A stretch of DNA of 64,000 bases from an uncultured virus (IMG/VR IMGVR_UViG_3300010938_000026) (lineage: Duplodnaviria; Heunggongvirae; Uroviricota; Caudoviricetes), in the IMG/VR virus record IMGVR_UViG_3300010938_000026; one strand, 5' to 3'. The first letter of the stretch is position 1, and each line of letters starts with the position of its first letter. Positions 47,121-56,932 of the stretch are shown here, piece by piece. The notes under the pieces are model-generated. The model was not told where the DNA came from. It did no database searches and was given only the letters and a program-made list of their open reading frames with translations. The position numbers and the translations under genes were made by a program.

Positions 47121-47693
47121 ATGCTCATAAGAAAAGATGGCTTCACGATATTGCACAATAACCCTACATACCTGGTCATAAACCTGAAAAATACCACAGT
47201 ATACCTCAGCATAGAACCAAACGAAGCAGTGCTCCGCTGCAAATACGAAACCTCGAATACAGGCATAAAAGACCTGTCGGACTTTGCCCTGTCCCTGCGA
47301 CTTGCACGACTGCACTCGAGCGGGACCAGCCTGTCATGCATGTTCACGACCAGATACGTCTACGCCCAGATGTCCCCGTTCCTCATCAGCATATCCAGCC
47401 ACGACTACCTGAAAAGGCGATACAAATGGCTGGATATGCAGAACTCCTACGTCAAGATCACGCGGCGAAATCGGGAACAAGAAGAAATGGTCCTAGTCGA
47501 TCTGGCTAAAGAGGGAATAGTCCGGGTAGCCCGGAAACTGTCCATCGTACAACACGACCGGGCAATCGTCCCGCTGTCCGCAGAGTCTACCCGATACCAG
47601 ACACAGGTCACCCTGCCCGAAACTGATAAGCGCAAACGCCTGACCCTGCCAAAGACGCTCTGCCAGAAAACAGAGCTTGACATTTACGGCTAA
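47121..47693 (+). CDS. Tandem-array protein 4
   Basis: 190 aa; LVINLKNTTVYL. Confidence 0.65.
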   Translation: MLIRKDGFTILHNNPTYLVINLKNTTVYLSIEPNEAVLRCKYETSNTGIKDLSDFALSLRLARLHSSGTSLSCMFTTRYVYAQMSPFLISISSHDYLKRRYKWLDMQNSYVKITRRNREQEEMVLVDLAKEGIVRVARKLSIVQHDRAIVPLSAESTRYQTQVTLPETDKRKRLTLPKTLCQKTELDIYG

Positions 47694-47886
47694 TCCTGCC
47701 GTATCCAGACGACCATCTTAAAACCTTATTCGAATGGAGTACCACCATGCACCTCCGTACCGAAAACTTCCGCTTGAAGGTAGGCGAAACAGGTATCGAA
47801 TGCCCGCTACATTTAGACATAAACCCCTAGCCGACCAGTGGCCCAACACACCAGCAAACCTGACCACAAAAGGAGGTTAACAGGCA

Positions 47887-48357
47887 ATGCAAATAGATGC
47901 TGGAAAAGTCCTGCTGATAGCAGATGTCCTCGGCGTATTCACGTTGCGCGTTGCCAATACCGAACTCCACATAGATGCCAGAGACGGATCGGAAGATACA
48001 CAGCTTATCTACCGAAACTCGATGGCACGAAATCCCTCGTCCATTTGCTTTGGTTTCACCATCAGTGACGCTCAATATTACGAACCCGACTGTGTAAACC
48101 ACCGCCGGCGTCTCATGGTCGAGGACCAGGGAAATACCATAACGTGCCGCAGCGAGGATTACATGGCGCGCCGGCTAACAGAAATATGCTTGGGGCCGGA
48201 CGCGATCAAATGTGCATTCAAATCGGACCGAGGGATTACAGCGTTTCGCCTGTCTTTAGACCATGATCACGTGACCGTCGAAGTGAAACAGAAATTCCAC
48301 CATGTCCATCACACAAAGCAGTTCCTGACTGCACTGAAAAACCGGGCGAAATCTTAA
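47887..48357 (+). CDS. Tandem-array protein 5
   Basis: AAGGAGGT SD; 156 aa; FTLRVANTELHI. Confidence 0.7.
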   Translation: MQIDAGKVLLIADVLGVFTLRVANTELHIDARDGSEDTQLIYRNSMARNPSSICFGFTISDAQYYEPDCVNHRRRLMVEDQGNTITCRSEDYMARRLTEICLGPDAIKCAFKSDRGITAFRLSLDHDHVTVEVKQKFHHVHHTKQFLTALKNRAKS

Positions 48358-48399
48358 TCCTGTGATTAAAATTGTCCTCTAAACCAAGGAGAAAATGCC

Positions 48400-48936
48400 G
48401 TGCAGTTAAAACATGGTAAAACCGAACTGAACCTGCACTGGATAGGTGCCATGAGTATTGCTGTCAAAAATACTGAGACACTCCTGGCCTTCGGTAAACA
48501 TGTACACCGGATAGAAGTCAAATACAATACGCGAGCGACATGCGACCGGTACGTCCCGCATGCTACCTTCAACTACGCGAAATCACCCTACGAATTCTTC
48601 ATTTGCCTGAACCCCTGGAGAAAAATTACCGTGGACCTAAACATGGACAATCACGGCAACACAATTATCATAGCCGTCGACTACAGCAAAGACCGGGTCG
48701 CTGAACTGACTCTCACCGGCCGGGGTATATTCGCCCGGCTGCAGAAAGGAAATCTCCAGAAAGAATGTATCCTTCATGTCAGAAGTGATCCCGAGGCGCT
48801 GGATGTGTGTAAAGAGCAAATCAGAATTGTTCGCGAGCAGCCGTATACCCTCAAGCGCTGGCGGCCAAATATCCCGCTCCGCCCGCGCCTGACAGATATC
48901 CCGGTGGTAGATGTCGCACCGGAAGGCAAGCTATAA
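48400..48936 (+). CDS. Tandem-array protein 6
   Basis: AAGGAG SD with GTG start; MSIAVKNTETLL. Confidence 0.65.
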   Translation: MQLKHGKTELNLHWIGAMSIAVKNTETLLAFGKHVHRIEVKYNTRATCDRYVPHATFNYAKSPYEFFICLNPWRKITVDLNMDNHGNTIIIAVDYSKDRVAELTLTGRGIFARLQKGNLQKECILHVRSDPEALDVCKEQIRIVREQPYTLKRWRPNIPLRPRLTDIPVVDVAPEGKL

Positions 48937-48937
48937 C

Positions 48938-49459
48938 ATGAAACCTACAAAGAAGTCGTTCCGCCGGGTTTACACTACCGATAGCGGACCACTGGTTCGC
49001 TACGATCATTTCATATTTCGTCATGAACCTGGAAGAGAATATTCACTGACCATACTCCTTCGAGATACAAATTTTGGCATAGATGTCTACATAGCATCAG
49101 CCCTGGAGCACGTAGCCGTCGCCTGTAATACTGATTGTCTGCCCCGGAAATGTTTCTGGGCCCTTAACGAACTGGCACATGACCATGAAGTATATGCGGG
49201 AACCTCCCGTAATCTGTTCGTCGTCCACCCGCCCGGTTCCGTCCTCCGGATCAGACGCCTATCCGGACATAAGAAAATACGACTTCACGGTACAAGATAT
49301 GCGCGCACTGTGCGGGTCTGGGCCAGCGATGCCAGCGAATTTGCGCGCGCCTGCATTAAAATCCTTTCCCCGTCACGTATTACCGCGTCTTATTCACGTT
49401 GCGTCAGGGCAAAACGCGTGTCCATTCAAACCCGACCCAGAAAAGGAGTTTTCAAATGA
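48938..49459 (+). CDS. Tandem-array protein 7
   Basis: LTILLRDTNFGI. Confidence 0.6.
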   Translation: MKPTKKSFRRVYTTDSGPLVRYDHFIFRHEPGREYSLTILLRDTNFGIDVYIASALEHVAVACNTDCLPRKCFWALNELAHDHEVYAGTSRNLFVVHPPGSVLRIRRLSGHKKIRLHGTRYARTVRVWASDASEFARACIKILSPSRITASYSRCVRAKRVSIQTRPRKGVFK

Positions 49460-49989
49460 TTTACTGGCGCCTTCCGCCGGAGCCACGTGATCCGTCTCCA
49501 TACGCAAGCAGCGCTGTCTCCATAGAATACTATACCCGGCTGCAATATGAGCTGTATGTCAGAGTCCGCGATACGCTGGTGTCAGTAAAACGTAACCGTG
49601 ATCTGAATTATGAACAGGTTCACTGTATGCGTGGCAAGTCAGCCAGCGATAGAAAAATTGACTATGACCTGCGAACAGGCAGGGACTTAGCGGAGTTAAC
49701 ATGCAAAGGTGACGAGATAGGTCGCAATAGTTACGTTAACATGTGTTCCGTACACAAAGAAAAATGCACCGGTCGGATGCGTTCCCTGATCGTTTACAGG
49801 CAATGCTGTGCTATTGATTGCTGTGTTGCGCAGCGCGATTGCAAGCGGTTAATTTATCTCACATTTGGCCCGACCAGGTTGACGATAAGCGGGGCCATCT
49901 TCAGTTTCTTGTTCTGGCAGCCGTCGCTACTGGTCAGCGAGGGCGAAATCGATATCGACGGCTATGTTTACCCGTTGAAAGCCCGGTAG
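49456..49989 (+). CDS. Tandem-array protein 8
   Basis: AAAAGGAG SD; ATGA coupling; LYVRVRDTLVSV. Confidence 0.65.
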   Translation: MIYWRLPPEPRDPSPYASSAVSIEYYTRLQYELYVRVRDTLVSVKRNRDLNYEQVHCMRGKSASDRKIDYDLRTGRDLAELTCKGDEIGRNSYVNMCSVHKEKCTGRMRSLIVYRQCCAIDCCVAQRDCKRLIYLTFGPTRLTISGAIFSFLFWQPSLLVSEGEIDIDGYVYPLKAR

Positions 49990-49999
49990 GGAAGAACCT

Positions 50000-50521
50000 A
50001 TGCCAGCACTTAAGCTCCCAATATGTCTACCAGGATTTGAAAACTGTGTCCGTTACGATTACACAACACTCCCCACACCTTATGCTGCCGTATGCGCTCA
50101 TAGTACTACGATAGAAATCGGGTCCTTACACGGCACAGTCGTACCCTTTGCCCTGCGCTATATCAGTTACTTACGTGACCGTACCCAGGGATTCCTGTAT
50201 TTCGCAGGACCTACATCCGTCACCGTGGCGCATGACTATTCGTCCAGGCACCTGGACTACTTTTATTTCCTGCCCCGCGAATTTACGTGCGAGTCCAGGT
50301 CAAAAACCAGGAAATGCTCCATTCGAGTCAATCCGTTCTCACGCTTGATACGATACCGAGTCAGTGACCGGTGCCTGGATGTGTCTATCTGGATTTCGAG
50401 TCTTGGGGTATGGATACGTCACCGCGAAGGATCGAATCGGGAAGATATGTCCTGCCCTAACCATATACACATGCCAGCGCTTTCAATCAGAACGGCAAAT
50501 TGCCGTAGGAGGAAATTATGA
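50000..50521 (+). CDS. Tandem-array protein 9
   Basis: 173 aa; AAVCAHSTTIEI. Confidence 0.6.
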   Translation: MPALKLPICLPGFENCVRYDYTTLPTPYAAVCAHSTTIEIGSLHGTVVPFALRYISYLRDRTQGFLYFAGPTSVTVAHDYSSRHLDYFYFLPREFTCESRSKTRKCSIRVNPFSRLIRYRVSDRCLDVSIWISSLGVWIRHREGSNREDMSCPNHIHMPALSIRTANCRRRKL

Positions 50522-51093
50522 GCACTGCATGTACTGATGCGACCAAATTGGGAAGAAGCGTAACAATTCAAAAGTCGAAGTCCATTTCGGTGGTCTCCGA
50601 GGACACTGAGTTTTACATCGATCTTGTGTCCCGCCGTCTATCTATTCGCTGGCACATCGATCCTTCACACGCGGAAACGCTCTACATGATTTATGGATAT
50701 GAAGCAGACGGCTACTTGGCGGGCCGCGTCTATGTGAGCGGTAAGAATTTGTTCCTATCTTGTAATTCGGCGTTGACGAGTGTCGAGAGCTATCTTGGAC
50801 CGTTAGGCATCGGGTTCGAGCAAGCCTATGGTGAACACTATCTAGATAGCATTAACTGGCATGTCCGTCAACAAGATATGGAGTACAACACCAAACTTGA
50901 GTTTACCCCGTGGGTTTCACTGCGGCGCAGCATTCGTCGCGTTAAGAAAGATGAGCGCGGGGCAAAGCAACCTGATGGCGGCCAGTTTGATGAATGGTGG
51001 TTGAGTCCCTCATTTCCCGAGGACAAGTATGAGTGCTTCCGTGAAGTTCAACAAAGACCCGCAGTCGACGAATCGGGTAACGATAACGATTGA
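50518..51093 (+). CDS. Tandem-array protein 10
   Basis: AGGAGG SD; ISVVSEDTEFYI. Confidence 0.65.
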   Translation: MSTACTDATKLGRSVTIQKSKSISVVSEDTEFYIDLVSRRLSIRWHIDPSHAETLYMIYGYEADGYLAGRVYVSGKNLFLSCNSALTSVESYLGPLGIGFEQAYGEHYLDSINWHVRQQDMEYNTKLEFTPWVSLRRSIRRVKKDERGAKQPDGGQFDEWWLSPSFPEDKYECFREVQQRPAVDESGNDND

Positions 51094-51544
51094 CGACACG
51101 CAATTGACGGTTATTCCAAATCCCGGAGGCATTGCCGTACATGTTTTCCAGGGTAGATCCTATCCTGCATACGATACCTCATGCCCGCGTGACCCGAATA
51201 CCGTCAGTCTCGTCGACTACACAAGCCCGGATTCTTTCGTATGGTATGTCGCCGCCGGTCGTGCTCTCTACATAAAGTCGGGTACGACCTGCGGGAAACG
51301 TTTGATGAACCTCGAACTCTTCGTAAACCGCTGGCGGACGGGTGACATCAGCTGGTTTATTGATACCGGACTGCCCATAATTAAACGAGTTTCCTTGATC
51401 TTCTATGCGGGTGCGATAGCCCGGACGGATTTTGCTCTTTCGGTCCGCCATGGCCGCAATCGCCCGGAATTGCACCAGGTTGAAGACCGACTCTACTGGC
51501 TGATTCCAAAGATATCCATTCCTCCAGGGAGAGAACATACATGA
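51029..51544 (+). CDS. Tandem-array protein 11
   Basis: 171 aa; VTITIDDTQLTV. Confidence 0.6.
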   Translation: MSASVKFNKDPQSTNRVTITIDDTQLTVIPNPGGIAVHVFQGRSYPAYDTSCPRDPNTVSLVDYTSPDSFVWYVAAGRALYIKSGTTCGKRLMNLELFVNRWRTGDISWFIDTGLPIIKRVSLIFYAGAIARTDFALSVRHGRNRPELHQVEDRLYWLIPKISIPPGREHT

Positions 51545-52098
51545 TCTGTATCCGAACACCTTCAATCAACATTCCTGCTCCGGACCGGTTCTCCAACGCA
51601 AAAACCACCATCATCGTGCGCGACACGACATTCTCAGGGCAAAGTACTTGGGTTAGCGGTGGTGAGGACTTGGCCTTTCACTCAGATGAGAAGCAGTCCT
51701 TGAATATCTATATGACGCCACGTAGTGTGTGCATGCGCAACGCGGACGGATCGGTACATTTTGGCCTTGAATACTTATCTCTGGGGCGTGTGGAAGGAGA
51801 AGAGGATTACGCCATTTCATTTAATTTCTTCGTGGAGGCCAGGCAGGTCCAGATTGAAATGGCCGATCAAACACATCTTTTATTGTACATCTGCCTGAAC
51901 CTATCCTCTGGAAGCTCCTCGCTCATTCTAACCCATCCACACGAGGCGCCCCGCGAGCCTCTGGCAATAAAGCTCAAATTTCCCTATCCGCAAACGCTCG
52001 AGACCGTCGACGATCGGTTCTATTTTACGTCAGATGGTACTGTACGCCCGGCGGACAATCAAGATAGTGAACCCGTATCAGGAGAGGAACGAATGTGA
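51541..52098 (+). CDS. Tandem-array protein 12
   Basis: MICIRTPSINI...TTIIVRDTTFSGQS. Confidence 0.65.
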   Translation: MICIRTPSINIPAPDRFSNAKTTIIVRDTTFSGQSTWVSGGEDLAFHSDEKQSLNIYMTPRSVCMRNADGSVHFGLEYLSLGRVEGEEDYAISFNFFVEARQVQIEMADQTHLLLYICLNLSSGSSSLILTHPHEAPREPLAIKLKFPYPQTLETVDDRFYFTSDGTVRPADNQDSEPVSGEERM

Positions 52099-52649
52099 TT
52101 GCCCTGGTTACCCCATCTATTTCCGTCAATGAGCATGTATTCGGGCCGGCACTGGTATTCCGGATGCAGATCCGCGTGTACGATACTGAATTTGTAGGTC
52201 AGTCGGAGGGGTCGCGTGATTGTGAGCGCATTTCCTGCTCCCTGGGCGTGAATCCAGCGTTCTACCTTTGCGCGGGCCCGCGGACTCGGGAGATCTGTGA
52301 TGCACATAGGCATGGTCTTGAAGTCGCTTCCACCTACGTGACGGTTATATCTCCGAAGTGGGACACTGACCTTACGCTCACGATGTGTTTTTTCGAGCGT
52401 GTCATCCCGATTCGCGCCACACAGTGGAAGCAGAAGAAGCAAGTAGACACTCTTGAGCTGCATCTCACGCGCGTCATGAATCGCCTGGAGATACTAGCTC
52501 AGCCCAGTAACCCGCTAAGCGCGATTAACACCGTACCCGACATTACCCGATTACGCTTCGTGGATGAGGACACCCCTGAAGGAGGTCACGATGAGTGTGG
52601 TATTTGCCCCGAATCTTCCGAACTATCAACCACCAGCGACCCGATTTAA
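52095..52649 (+). CDS. Tandem-array protein 13 (closest to protein 12)
   Basis: MIALVTPSISV...MQIRVYDTEFVGQS. Confidence 0.65.
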   Translation: MIALVTPSISVNEHVFGPALVFRMQIRVYDTEFVGQSEGSRDCERISCSLGVNPAFYLCAGPRTREICDAHRHGLEVASTYVTVISPKWDTDLTLTMCFFERVIPIRATQWKQKKQVDTLELHLTRVMNRLEILAQPSNPLSAINTVPDITRLRFVDEDTPEGGHDECGICPESSELSTTSDPI

Positions 52650-53091
52650 CCTTCTTATCGAAGTGGACGATACCAATCTACAGCTGCGCGAGCGGACGCG
52701 TTATGGGTCCGACGACATCAGGGTATCGCAAAAAGCCTTTAGCATTATCACGACGCAATTTCATCAATGGATTGTGGCCCGTGCGGGAGGTCGGTTCATT
52801 TTCGATCTTCACAAGCGATACTCCCGGCGCCTGGAGTTGGAGCCGGGAGTATTCATCACGCCTGTGGTAACCGGTGATACGGCACGCGGCCACGTGCAAG
52901 TTCATCGTTACGTAGGATATCCCGATTTCGGGTTTGAACTCCCATGTACGTCTGGTGAGAAAGGAAGCGGGACGGTACAGTTCGACACCGACTGCATATG
53001 CATTACCATCCTGCGACCCGAGAAACCGCTCGCGGTGATTGTACCTTTATATCCCGATCTTCCAAAGGAATTAAATTTATGCCAGGATTAG
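52591..53091 (+). CDS. Tandem-array protein 14
   Basis: AAGGAGGT SD; LLIEVDDTNLQL. Confidence 0.65.
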   Translation: MSVVFAPNLPNYQPPATRFNLLIEVDDTNLQLRERTRYGSDDIRVSQKAFSIITTQFHQWIVARAGGRFIFDLHKRYSRRLELEPGVFITPVVTGDTARGHVQVHRYVGYPDFGFELPCTSGEKGSGTVQFDTDCICITILRPEKPLAVIVPLYPDLPKELNLCQD

Positions 53092-53582
53092 TTTTACGAA
53101 ACGGCATATGTGAGTTTTCCTGGCCGAGTCGGCCCCTTAGCTCTACGGACCGGTACCATAAACTGCGTGTGCAATTCAGAGGCACAGCCCTATCAGCCGG
53201 GTATGCTGCACCGGAAGACATTCTTGTAAATTCAAGCGAACGTTCGTTTCACATAAGAGTCGCGAGGCGCCAGGCAATAATCCGGATTGACGGTCGGGAA
53301 TTGACCAAAGCTCTTTTCGATTATGAGGAAGGTCCCGTCAAAGTTTCATGCGACACGGATTATAACGGCCTTAGTTTCACGGTCAGTCCACCTATATCAG
53401 ATCACATGCTACTTGTCTCCATGACAGCCGCCTCTGGTGCGGAGAACCGCACAGAGAAATTACACATCCGTCTGCACACGCCACAGTCACTAACACGTGA
53501 AATCACATGCATGCAAGTTGTTGATTTGCTGGATGCTCATGTGAATTTAGAGGATATTTTGTCGGTAATAAAACCGACCTGA
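53079..53582 (+). CDS. Tandem-array protein 15
   Basis: AAAGGA SD; LRVQFRGTALSA. Confidence 0.6.
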   Translation: MPGLVLRNGICEFSWPSRPLSSTDRYHKLRVQFRGTALSAGYAAPEDILVNSSERSFHIRVARRQAIIRIDGRELTKALFDYEEGPVKVSCDTDYNGLSFTVSPPISDHMLLVSMTAASGAENRTEKLHIRLHTPQSLTREITCMQVVDLLDAHVNLEDILSVIKPT

Positions 53583-53612
53583 GCAATGTCCCTTTCCTAA
53601 TCCGAGGAGTCT

Positions 53613-54143
53613 ATGAAAACCAAGATTCGGTTCCGACCATGTATGGTCCGGCTAGACGGAGACCTTTATGTATACGGTGTCGTGCAGGATACAACATTTG
53701 AGCTGAATAAAAGAGGAATGGAATTCAATTATCACGTTGTGCGCTGGCAACAACCAATATCGACACAATGGAAGGTTTCGCCCGGGCGTGCCGTGTTTGC
53801 GGTGACCATGGAAGCTGAACGCAAGCACGCACTAGATATACGTTACATCCGTACGGCCGATGTGTCGCGTCACGGATGGTCGTGCGAAAGGCGGGACGAT
53901 CTTAATTCTGGATACTGTAGCATGTCTGTCCCATACGCAAGTATATCTATCTACAGCTATCAACGCTACAGCTATCAACGGAACAATTTTCCGGTGTATT
54001 ACGAGATAGACTATCTCTTCGATCTATCCTCATCTGGGGTTTACCTGCGCCATAAAGTATTTCGTGAGGCCGGAAAACAAATCCGGCGTTTTCTATTGAA
54101 TGTGTCAGTATGTGACTTCCAAATTGTGGAGGACAGCTTATGA
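53613..54143 (+). CDS. Tandem-array protein 16
   Basis: GAGGAG SD; VYGVVQDTTFEL. Confidence 0.65.
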   Translation: MKTKIRFRPCMVRLDGDLYVYGVVQDTTFELNKRGMEFNYHVVRWQQPISTQWKVSPGRAVFAVTMEAERKHALDIRYIRTADVSRHGWSCERRDDLNSGYCSMSVPYASISIYSYQRYSYQRNNFPVYYEIDYLFDLSSSGVYLRHKVFREAGKQIRRFLLNVSVCDFQIVEDSL

Positions 54144-54703
54144 GTGACCTATTGGCGGCGTTTTCACGCGGGCGCGTCGCTTGGTCTGTGGATCTTGACG
54201 GCAGGCGGAGACTAGAGGTCGCAGTACCAGATACCACCATGTCCCTCCAGTTCATCAAGGGACGGGACGCAGCTATAGGTGAGCCTTGCCTGCAGTGTTC
54301 TTGGGCAGAGACGGAATACGAATTGCGGGTCGGTAGTATAAAGCCGTCGGTCAATTCTGCACAAGGTCAACTGTCAGCGGAGACCAGAGGCGGATACCGC
54401 AACTTGGCTCGGATTGACGAAATAGCTCAGTTTTATCAATATGCTATAGGTAACTTGGATTACCGCACTCCGTTTCAGATCTTGTGGACACAGTATCCCA
54501 AAGATCCAGATCGCTGTGCGTATGGATGGGAACATACCATAACATGGTGGCGATATCCTTTATTGCGTGTAGTGCATCGTCATTTTATAAAACCTACGGA
54601 ACGTACGGCACGTACATTGCTGACAATGCGCTACCAGCTGCTGATGTGTCCACGCATTAAGTTCGACGGCGACAGGATCCGTGTGCCCAAGCTTATCGCG
54701 TAG
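54140..54703 (+). CDS. Tandem-array protein 17
   Basis: GGAGG SD; ATGA coupling; LEVAVPDTTMSL. Confidence 0.65.
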   Translation: MSDLLAAFSRGRVAWSVDLDGRRRLEVAVPDTTMSLQFIKGRDAAIGEPCLQCSWAETEYELRVGSIKPSVNSAQGQLSAETRGGYRNLARIDEIAQFYQYAIGNLDYRTPFQILWTQYPKDPDRCAYGWEHTITWWRYPLLRVVHRHFIKPTERTARTLLTMRYQLLMCPRIKFDGDRIRVPKLIA

Positions 54704-54736
54704 GTCGCGCCTGTTGGACTGGGGAAGGAATTCGCG

Positions 54737-55216
54737 ATGACTTCAGTATATGCAAGGAATCTTCCACGCTCTGCCTACAAAGATTTATATCTGACGGATT
54801 TCTGCCCCGGGGACTACTTAACCGTTTCCCTCGGGTATACACACTTTCACCTCATTCTGAGCTACCGATTTGTACCCTATGAGTTCATGATAGAAGACTT
54901 GCGTACTGCGCATTCTCATTTCTCCCTACAGTTGGGCAGGTCCGGCTTTCAATTCGCGAGTCGCGCGCGACGCTTGAGTCACAGCCAGTTTGTGATCGAA
55001 ATTGCACGTCGTATTGCTCAAACAACACTCAGTGGGCATGGGTACAAAACGTTTGTTTGGTACAGCACAGTGCGTGGTGGGTCATGTTCGGAGTTCCACG
55101 GCGCGGTTTACTTGGGCGACATTATTCCGGGGCGGCCGGCGCCTGTCAGTATTGATACGTCTGGCTCACCCCGGCGTCTCATTGTTGGTGCGGGTTTACC
55201 TGATTTACAGGGTTGA
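54737..55216 (+). CDS. Tandem-array protein 18
   Basis: 159 aa; LTVSLGYTHFHL. Confidence 0.55.
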   Translation: MTSVYARNLPRSAYKDLYLTDFCPGDYLTVSLGYTHFHLILSYRFVPYEFMIEDLRTAHSHFSLQLGRSGFQFASRARRLSHSQFVIEIARRIAQTTLSGHGYKTFVWYSTVRGGSCSEFHGAVYLGDIIPGRPAPVSIDTSGSPRRLIVGAGLPDLQG

Positions 55217-55220
55217 TAGT

Positions 55221-55745
55221 ATGGCCGGTGTATGCATCGAAGACTTGAAACTTGGTAGATTGATCTTTTTCGTGGACAATACGGTAGTCGCTGTCTGTAG
55301 CCGTGATGATGTGCGGAGGCTGATCTCCATCTATGAACGCACACCGTGCAATGGTGAAGAGCTTGTATTTGAGATTAATTTGTCTACCGCACCCGCTAAA
55401 TGGCTGTTCTTGACCAGCCCCAACAGTTTATATGTAGACAACCTAACCCGCCCGGCTGTGATTACCCACCGCGATAATGTGTTCTCTCGCGTATTATTTG
55501 GGGGTGGTGGTGAATGTCATACAGATGCCATATTCCGCAAGGCGCATCATACGCTGAAATGTTGTCTAGGATTCGGTGGCCCAGGTATATTGCTGCGGCA
55601 AGAATCGCAGTATGTCTCATGGGAGCAGCTTCGCCCGGGCGAACAGGAACCAAAGTTTCCTCGAGGCATGATTGCCCCGTATAGCCTGCGCTGGGATTAC
55701 GACCTGGCTTGCGAGTCTGGTCAATTACTGGTCCAGGCAGATTAA
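55221..55745 (+). CDS. Tandem-array protein 19
   Basis: LIFFVDNTVVAV. Confidence 0.55.
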   Translation: MAGVCIEDLKLGRLIFFVDNTVVAVCSRDDVRRLISIYERTPCNGEELVFEINLSTAPAKWLFLTSPNSLYVDNLTRPAVITHRDNVFSRVLFGGGGECHTDAIFRKAHHTLKCCLGFGGPGILLRQESQYVSWEQLRPGEQEPKFPRGMIAPYSLRWDYDLACESGQLLVQAD

Positions 55746-55779
55746 TGTCCTATAGATTCCCAACCGTAAGGAGGATAAT

Positions 55780-56310
55780 ATGTTCACGTTTTGGGAGGGT
55801 CGGGTCCATTTTGGCACTCTTCCGCGGGCGCAAATTGACATGCAGTTTCAAGATACAAGTGTGCTGATAGAACCACACCACATATTCTCAGGGGCACACA
55901 GTTACTATTGGCGTTTTAATTGCACTGTCGGTGATAGGTATTTCATCTATACCGCATACCACGATGGATTCGAGCACAGCGTGATTTTGCGACCTTCCTC
56001 CCCCGATAGATTATATCGACGGACGCGCTCCCCAAGGCGTAGCAACTATACTGAGCACACCCTTAAATGTGACTTAGTATGGTCCCTCGAAGTTTGCTTA
56101 CAAGGGAACCATTCTGATCCGCTGATCGCAATGGAGTCGGATACTGAGGATGTCTACCGCGATATCGAGCTTTCTCCTTCCTGCATCGCAACAAAGTACC
56201 CCGCGCGTAAGTCCCCATCTGTCACTCATTTCGAATCCCTGTTCATCTTTCATCGGCAGTTGCCGAAGGTGGCGATTCCTCACGTGGATATCGAGTCGGC
56301 TTCCGCGTGA
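55780..56310 (+). CDS. Tandem-array protein 20
   Basis: TAAGGAGG SD; IDMQFQDTSVLI. Confidence 0.7.
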   Translation: MFTFWEGRVHFGTLPRAQIDMQFQDTSVLIEPHHIFSGAHSYYWRFNCTVGDRYFIYTAYHDGFEHSVILRPSSPDRLYRRTRSPRRSNYTEHTLKCDLVWSLEVCLQGNHSDPLIAMESDTEDVYRDIELSPSCIATKYPARKSPSVTHFESLFIFHRQLPKVAIPHVDIESASA

Positions 56311-56376
56311 GGTGGCGGCCAGCCGGCACAACTACAGCGTAGTTGCAAGTATCAACTTTCCGCTGGAGGATTAAAA

Positions 56377-56910
56377 ATGTGGCAAATTTGTGTGGATAAT
56401 TTATGTATTAACTCATCCCGTACCTGGGATCATAAGCGCCCCAAGAGACATCGAACTTTCGATGGGCGATCAAAAACTATTGAAATCCAAGATCAGCGAT
56501 TTCAAATATGGATACATTCTTCTGGCACGGGACTGGCGGTCTGGGATGATAACCATAACTATGGTGTTGACTGTATCGTGGCAGACGAGAGTGATACTCT
56601 TAGTATGGAAACACGTGTTTGGGATAAAGGTAATCGGCGGGTTCTAGCATCGTACGCTCGAGCGGAGTGTGTTTATTCAATTCATGGCGATCGGGATACC
56701 ACACTCGACTTTTACAATTTCGAAGTCCGCCGGCGCCTCGCTTTAATCTTGCCGGGTAAACATCAGCTCGTTGACCGTGTAATAAAGTTTCTTCGCGGCC
56801 GTTTGAAGATCGCCACGGCAATGCGAGGAGACAGTGTTTGGACAATTAGGTACATCAACTTGTACCCGCCATACCGGCGGATGTGCAAACAAGCTTGGCC
56901 GGCAGAGTGA
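56377..56910 (+). CDS. Tandem-array protein 21
   Basis: GGAGG SD; KTIEIQDQRFQI. Confidence 0.6.
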   Translation: MWQICVDNLCINSSRTWDHKRPKRHRTFDGRSKTIEIQDQRFQIWIHSSGTGLAVWDDNHNYGVDCIVADESDTLSMETRVWDKGNRRVLASYARAECVYSIHGDRDTTLDFYNFEVRRRLALILPGKHQLVDRVIKFLRGRLKIATAMRGDSVWTIRYINLYPPYRRMCKQAWPAE

Positions 56911-56932
56911 GTAACCTCGGAAAGGGCTACAA

